Assembly (NCBI GenBank): GCA_902617485.1
Contig: CACMXD010000001.1
Coordinates: 10,430-74,429 of the forward strand
Direction of reading: 5' to 3'
Length of the DNA stretch: 64,000 nucleotides
Source of the DNA: an uncultured Alphaproteobacteria bacterium
GTDB lineage: Bacteria > Pseudomonadota > Alphaproteobacteria > HIMB59
The position numbers and the translations under genes are program-made. The notes beneath the pieces were generated by a model. That model made no database searches and was not told the DNA's origin. It saw only the letters and a program-made list of their open reading frames with translations. Each line of letters begins with the position of its first letter. Position 1 is the stretch's first letter. Below, in pieces: positions 62,071 to 64,000 of this stretch.

Positions 62071-62505
62071 TTATATGTTTTTTATTAAATATCTTAATGC
62101 GTAAATAAATCCATCTTTACCCATACCTATAATTGAACAATCACAAGCTGGTGCTATAAGAGACTTTCTTCGAAAGTCCTCTCTAGAATATATATTGGAT
62201 AAATGAACTTCTATTTTAAATATTGTTTTAATTTCAAGAGAGTCGTGTAATGAAACCGAGGTATGAGTCAAACCACCGGGGTTGATTATGATACCAACGT
62301 ATGACTCGTCTAAGCCATTTATTTTATTGATGATCTCTCCTTCTATATTACTTTGGAAAAAATCAAGTTTACATCCTAATGTTTCAGACTCCTTAAATAG
62401 CTCGTTTTCCAAATCTTTTAATGTGAAATTTCCATAAACACTCTCTTTGCGTTTACCTAACATTTCTAGATTAGGGCCATTAATAACTAAAATTTTTTTG
62501 TCCAT
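62071..62505 (-). CDS. aroQ: Type II 3-dehydroquinate dehydratase
   Basis: INGPNL..LG.R...YG, FQSNIEG, INPGGLTHTS, EVHLSN..SRE.FR. Confidence 0.95.
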   Translation of the reverse strand: MDKKILVINGPNLEMLGKRKESVYGNFTLKDLENELFKESETLGCKLDFFQSNIEGEIINKINGLDESYVGIIINPGGLTHTSVSLHDSLEIKTIFKIEVHLSNIYSREDFRRKSLIAPACDCSIIGMGKDGFIYALRYLIKNI

Positions 62506-62630
62506 ATTTATTGAACTTATATCAAAGATTTTATCATTCCCAATGGGTATAATTTTAAATATTTTTATATTTTTTTGGTTAAAATCACTATATTTATGAT
62601 ATTTAGTTAATTATTAATAGGAGGTTAGTT

Positions 62631-62843
62631 ATGAGAAAATTCATTATAGATATGACTATGTCGTATGACTTTCAGGTAACTATAGAGGCTGAGTCGGAGG
62701 AAGCAGCAAAAGCAAAGTTTACAAATACACCATTAGAACAACTTGGTAGCTATAAATTCGGCTCATTTTATAAGACATTTAGAGGTATAAAATTAGATGA
62801 ATTTGATCCAAGATTTTATAAGGACGAAGATAAAGTAAGATAA
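62631..62843 (+). CDS. Small hypothetical protein (DpnD/PcfM-like)
   Basis: Strong aggagg SD; VTIEAESEEAAKAK motif. Confidence 0.6.
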   Translation: MRKFIIDMTMSYDFQVTIEAESEEAAKAKFTNTPLEQLGSYKFGSFYKTFRGIKLDEFDPRFYKDEDKVR

Positions 62844-62850
62844 TCATACG

Positions 62851-63405
62851 ATGAGTAGAACAATTACTGAAAATCTTTTTGGTACACACTTCTTTAGCAA
62901 GTATTACCTAACTATACTAGGAGTGATTTTACTGACTATATCTTCTAAAATTTCTATTCCCTTTTACCCTGTTCCAATGACATTACAAACTTTGGTGGTT
63001 TTCTTTATAGCTGCATCAATGGGCATGATTGGGTTTTATTCAACATTTATTTATGTGGTTTTAGGTGTGCTAGGACTGCCTTTATTCGCTAATGGTGGAG
63101 GAATTGGCTACATTTTTTCTCCAACATTTGGTTTTTTATACGGAATGGTAATTTCTGCGTTCATAATTGCATATATTCTCAAATCTGAAGTAAATACAGG
63201 TTTAATCAAGTTGTCGGCTACTATTCTTGCAGGTGCATTTGTTATATTTTTGTGTGGTATTAGTCACCTTTCGTTTTTTGTAGGTCTAGAACAAGCAATA
63301 AATCTTGGTTTATTGCCATTTTTGTATAGTGAATTTCTAAAGATTGTATTGGCTATAGCTATAATTTTTGGTTTGATTCAAAGAGTTAATCAAAAAAATT
63401 CATAA
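62851..63405 (+). CDS. bioY: Biotin transporter BioY
   Basis: PVPMTLQT, GLPLFA, PTFGFLYG, PFLYSEFLK. Confidence 0.9.
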   Translation: MSRTITENLFGTHFFSKYYLTILGVILLTISSKISIPFYPVPMTLQTLVVFFIAASMGMIGFYSTFIYVVLGVLGLPLFANGGGIGYIFSPTFGFLYGMVISAFIIAYILKSEVNTGLIKLSATILAGAFVIFLCGISHLSFFVGLEQAINLGLLPFLYSEFLKIVLAIAIIFGLIQRVNQKNS

Positions 63406-63999
63406 ATAAGTTTTACTTACAGTTTCGAATATTGAAAAGTGCCGAGATGCCAATTCTTGTCTATTCTTGCTGTATCCTCCACCTATAACAGTACAAAGAG
63501 GTATTTTTTTTTCTTTGAAATACTCACATACAATTTCATCTCTTTTTTTAATGCCATCATCAGTAAGGTTTAAATTACCTAGATCATCGTTAGAGTGTAC
63601 GTCAACTCCTGCATCATAAAAAACAATATCTGGCGTAAAATTAGACTCAATTTGATCAAGCGTTTTTGTAAGGATATTTATATATTTAACATCGTTTACT
63701 TCATCATCTATTGGTACATCTAAATTGCTATTTTTTTTGTCAAATGGAAAATTATTTTTACAATGAATTGAACATGTAAAAATATTATCAATATTTTCAC
63801 AAATAGAAGCAGTTCCATCACCTTGATGAACATCTAAATCTAATATTAAAATTTTATTTATTTTTTCTTGATTAAGTAAAGTTATTGAAGCATAGGCTAA
63901 ATCATTAAATACACAAAAACCAGATCCACAATCTTTAAAAGCGTGATGAGTACCACCTGCTAAATGACATGCAATACCATAATCTAGCGCCAATTGAGA
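63400..63999 (-). CDS. Histone deacetylase family protein (5' part outside window)
   Basis: AGGTHHA, GFCVFND, DLDVHQGDGT, AGVD, GGGY. Confidence 0.92.
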   Translation of the reverse strand, partial: SQLALDYGIACHLAGGTHHAFKDCGSGFCVFNDLAYASITLLNQEKINKILILDLDVHQGDGTASICENIDNIFTCSIHCKNNFPFDKKNSNLDVPIDDEVNDVKYINILTKTLDQIESNFTPDIVFYDAGVDVHSNDDLGNLNLTDDGIKKRDEIVCEYFKEKKIPLCTVIGGGYSKNRQELASRHFSIFETVSKTYL

Positions 64000-64000
64000 T

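Overview
A very AT-rich, gene-dense 64 kb window with many overlapping genes. By inference it comes from a streamlined marine alphaproteobacterium (SAR11/HIMB59-like; not proven). Housekeeping content: guaBA, typA, the conserved tRNA-Ser/mltB-rlpA-dac-tmk-holB-metG-tatD-MBL block, mfd/sdhE/recG, selU, thiL, nadE, aroQ, bioY and an ugp-type ABC transporter with a duplicated permease. Accessory content: a glucosylglycerate synthesis/recycling cluster and a metY-hydrolase-GFA operon. Best candidate for an undescribed system: an operon where an uncharacterised BioD/DUF1611-like P-loop protein leads atypical argC and argB (argD converging), in the place where an N-acetylglutamate synthase would be expected. 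Second clear signal: a 23-bp duplication of the guaA 3' end delimiting a ~0.5 kb integrase-less mini-island, whose single alkyltransferase-like gene overlaps the guaA stop (ATGA). No rRNA, CRISPR array, transposase or integrase was seen. Family calls rest on motif recognition only; no database searches were run.
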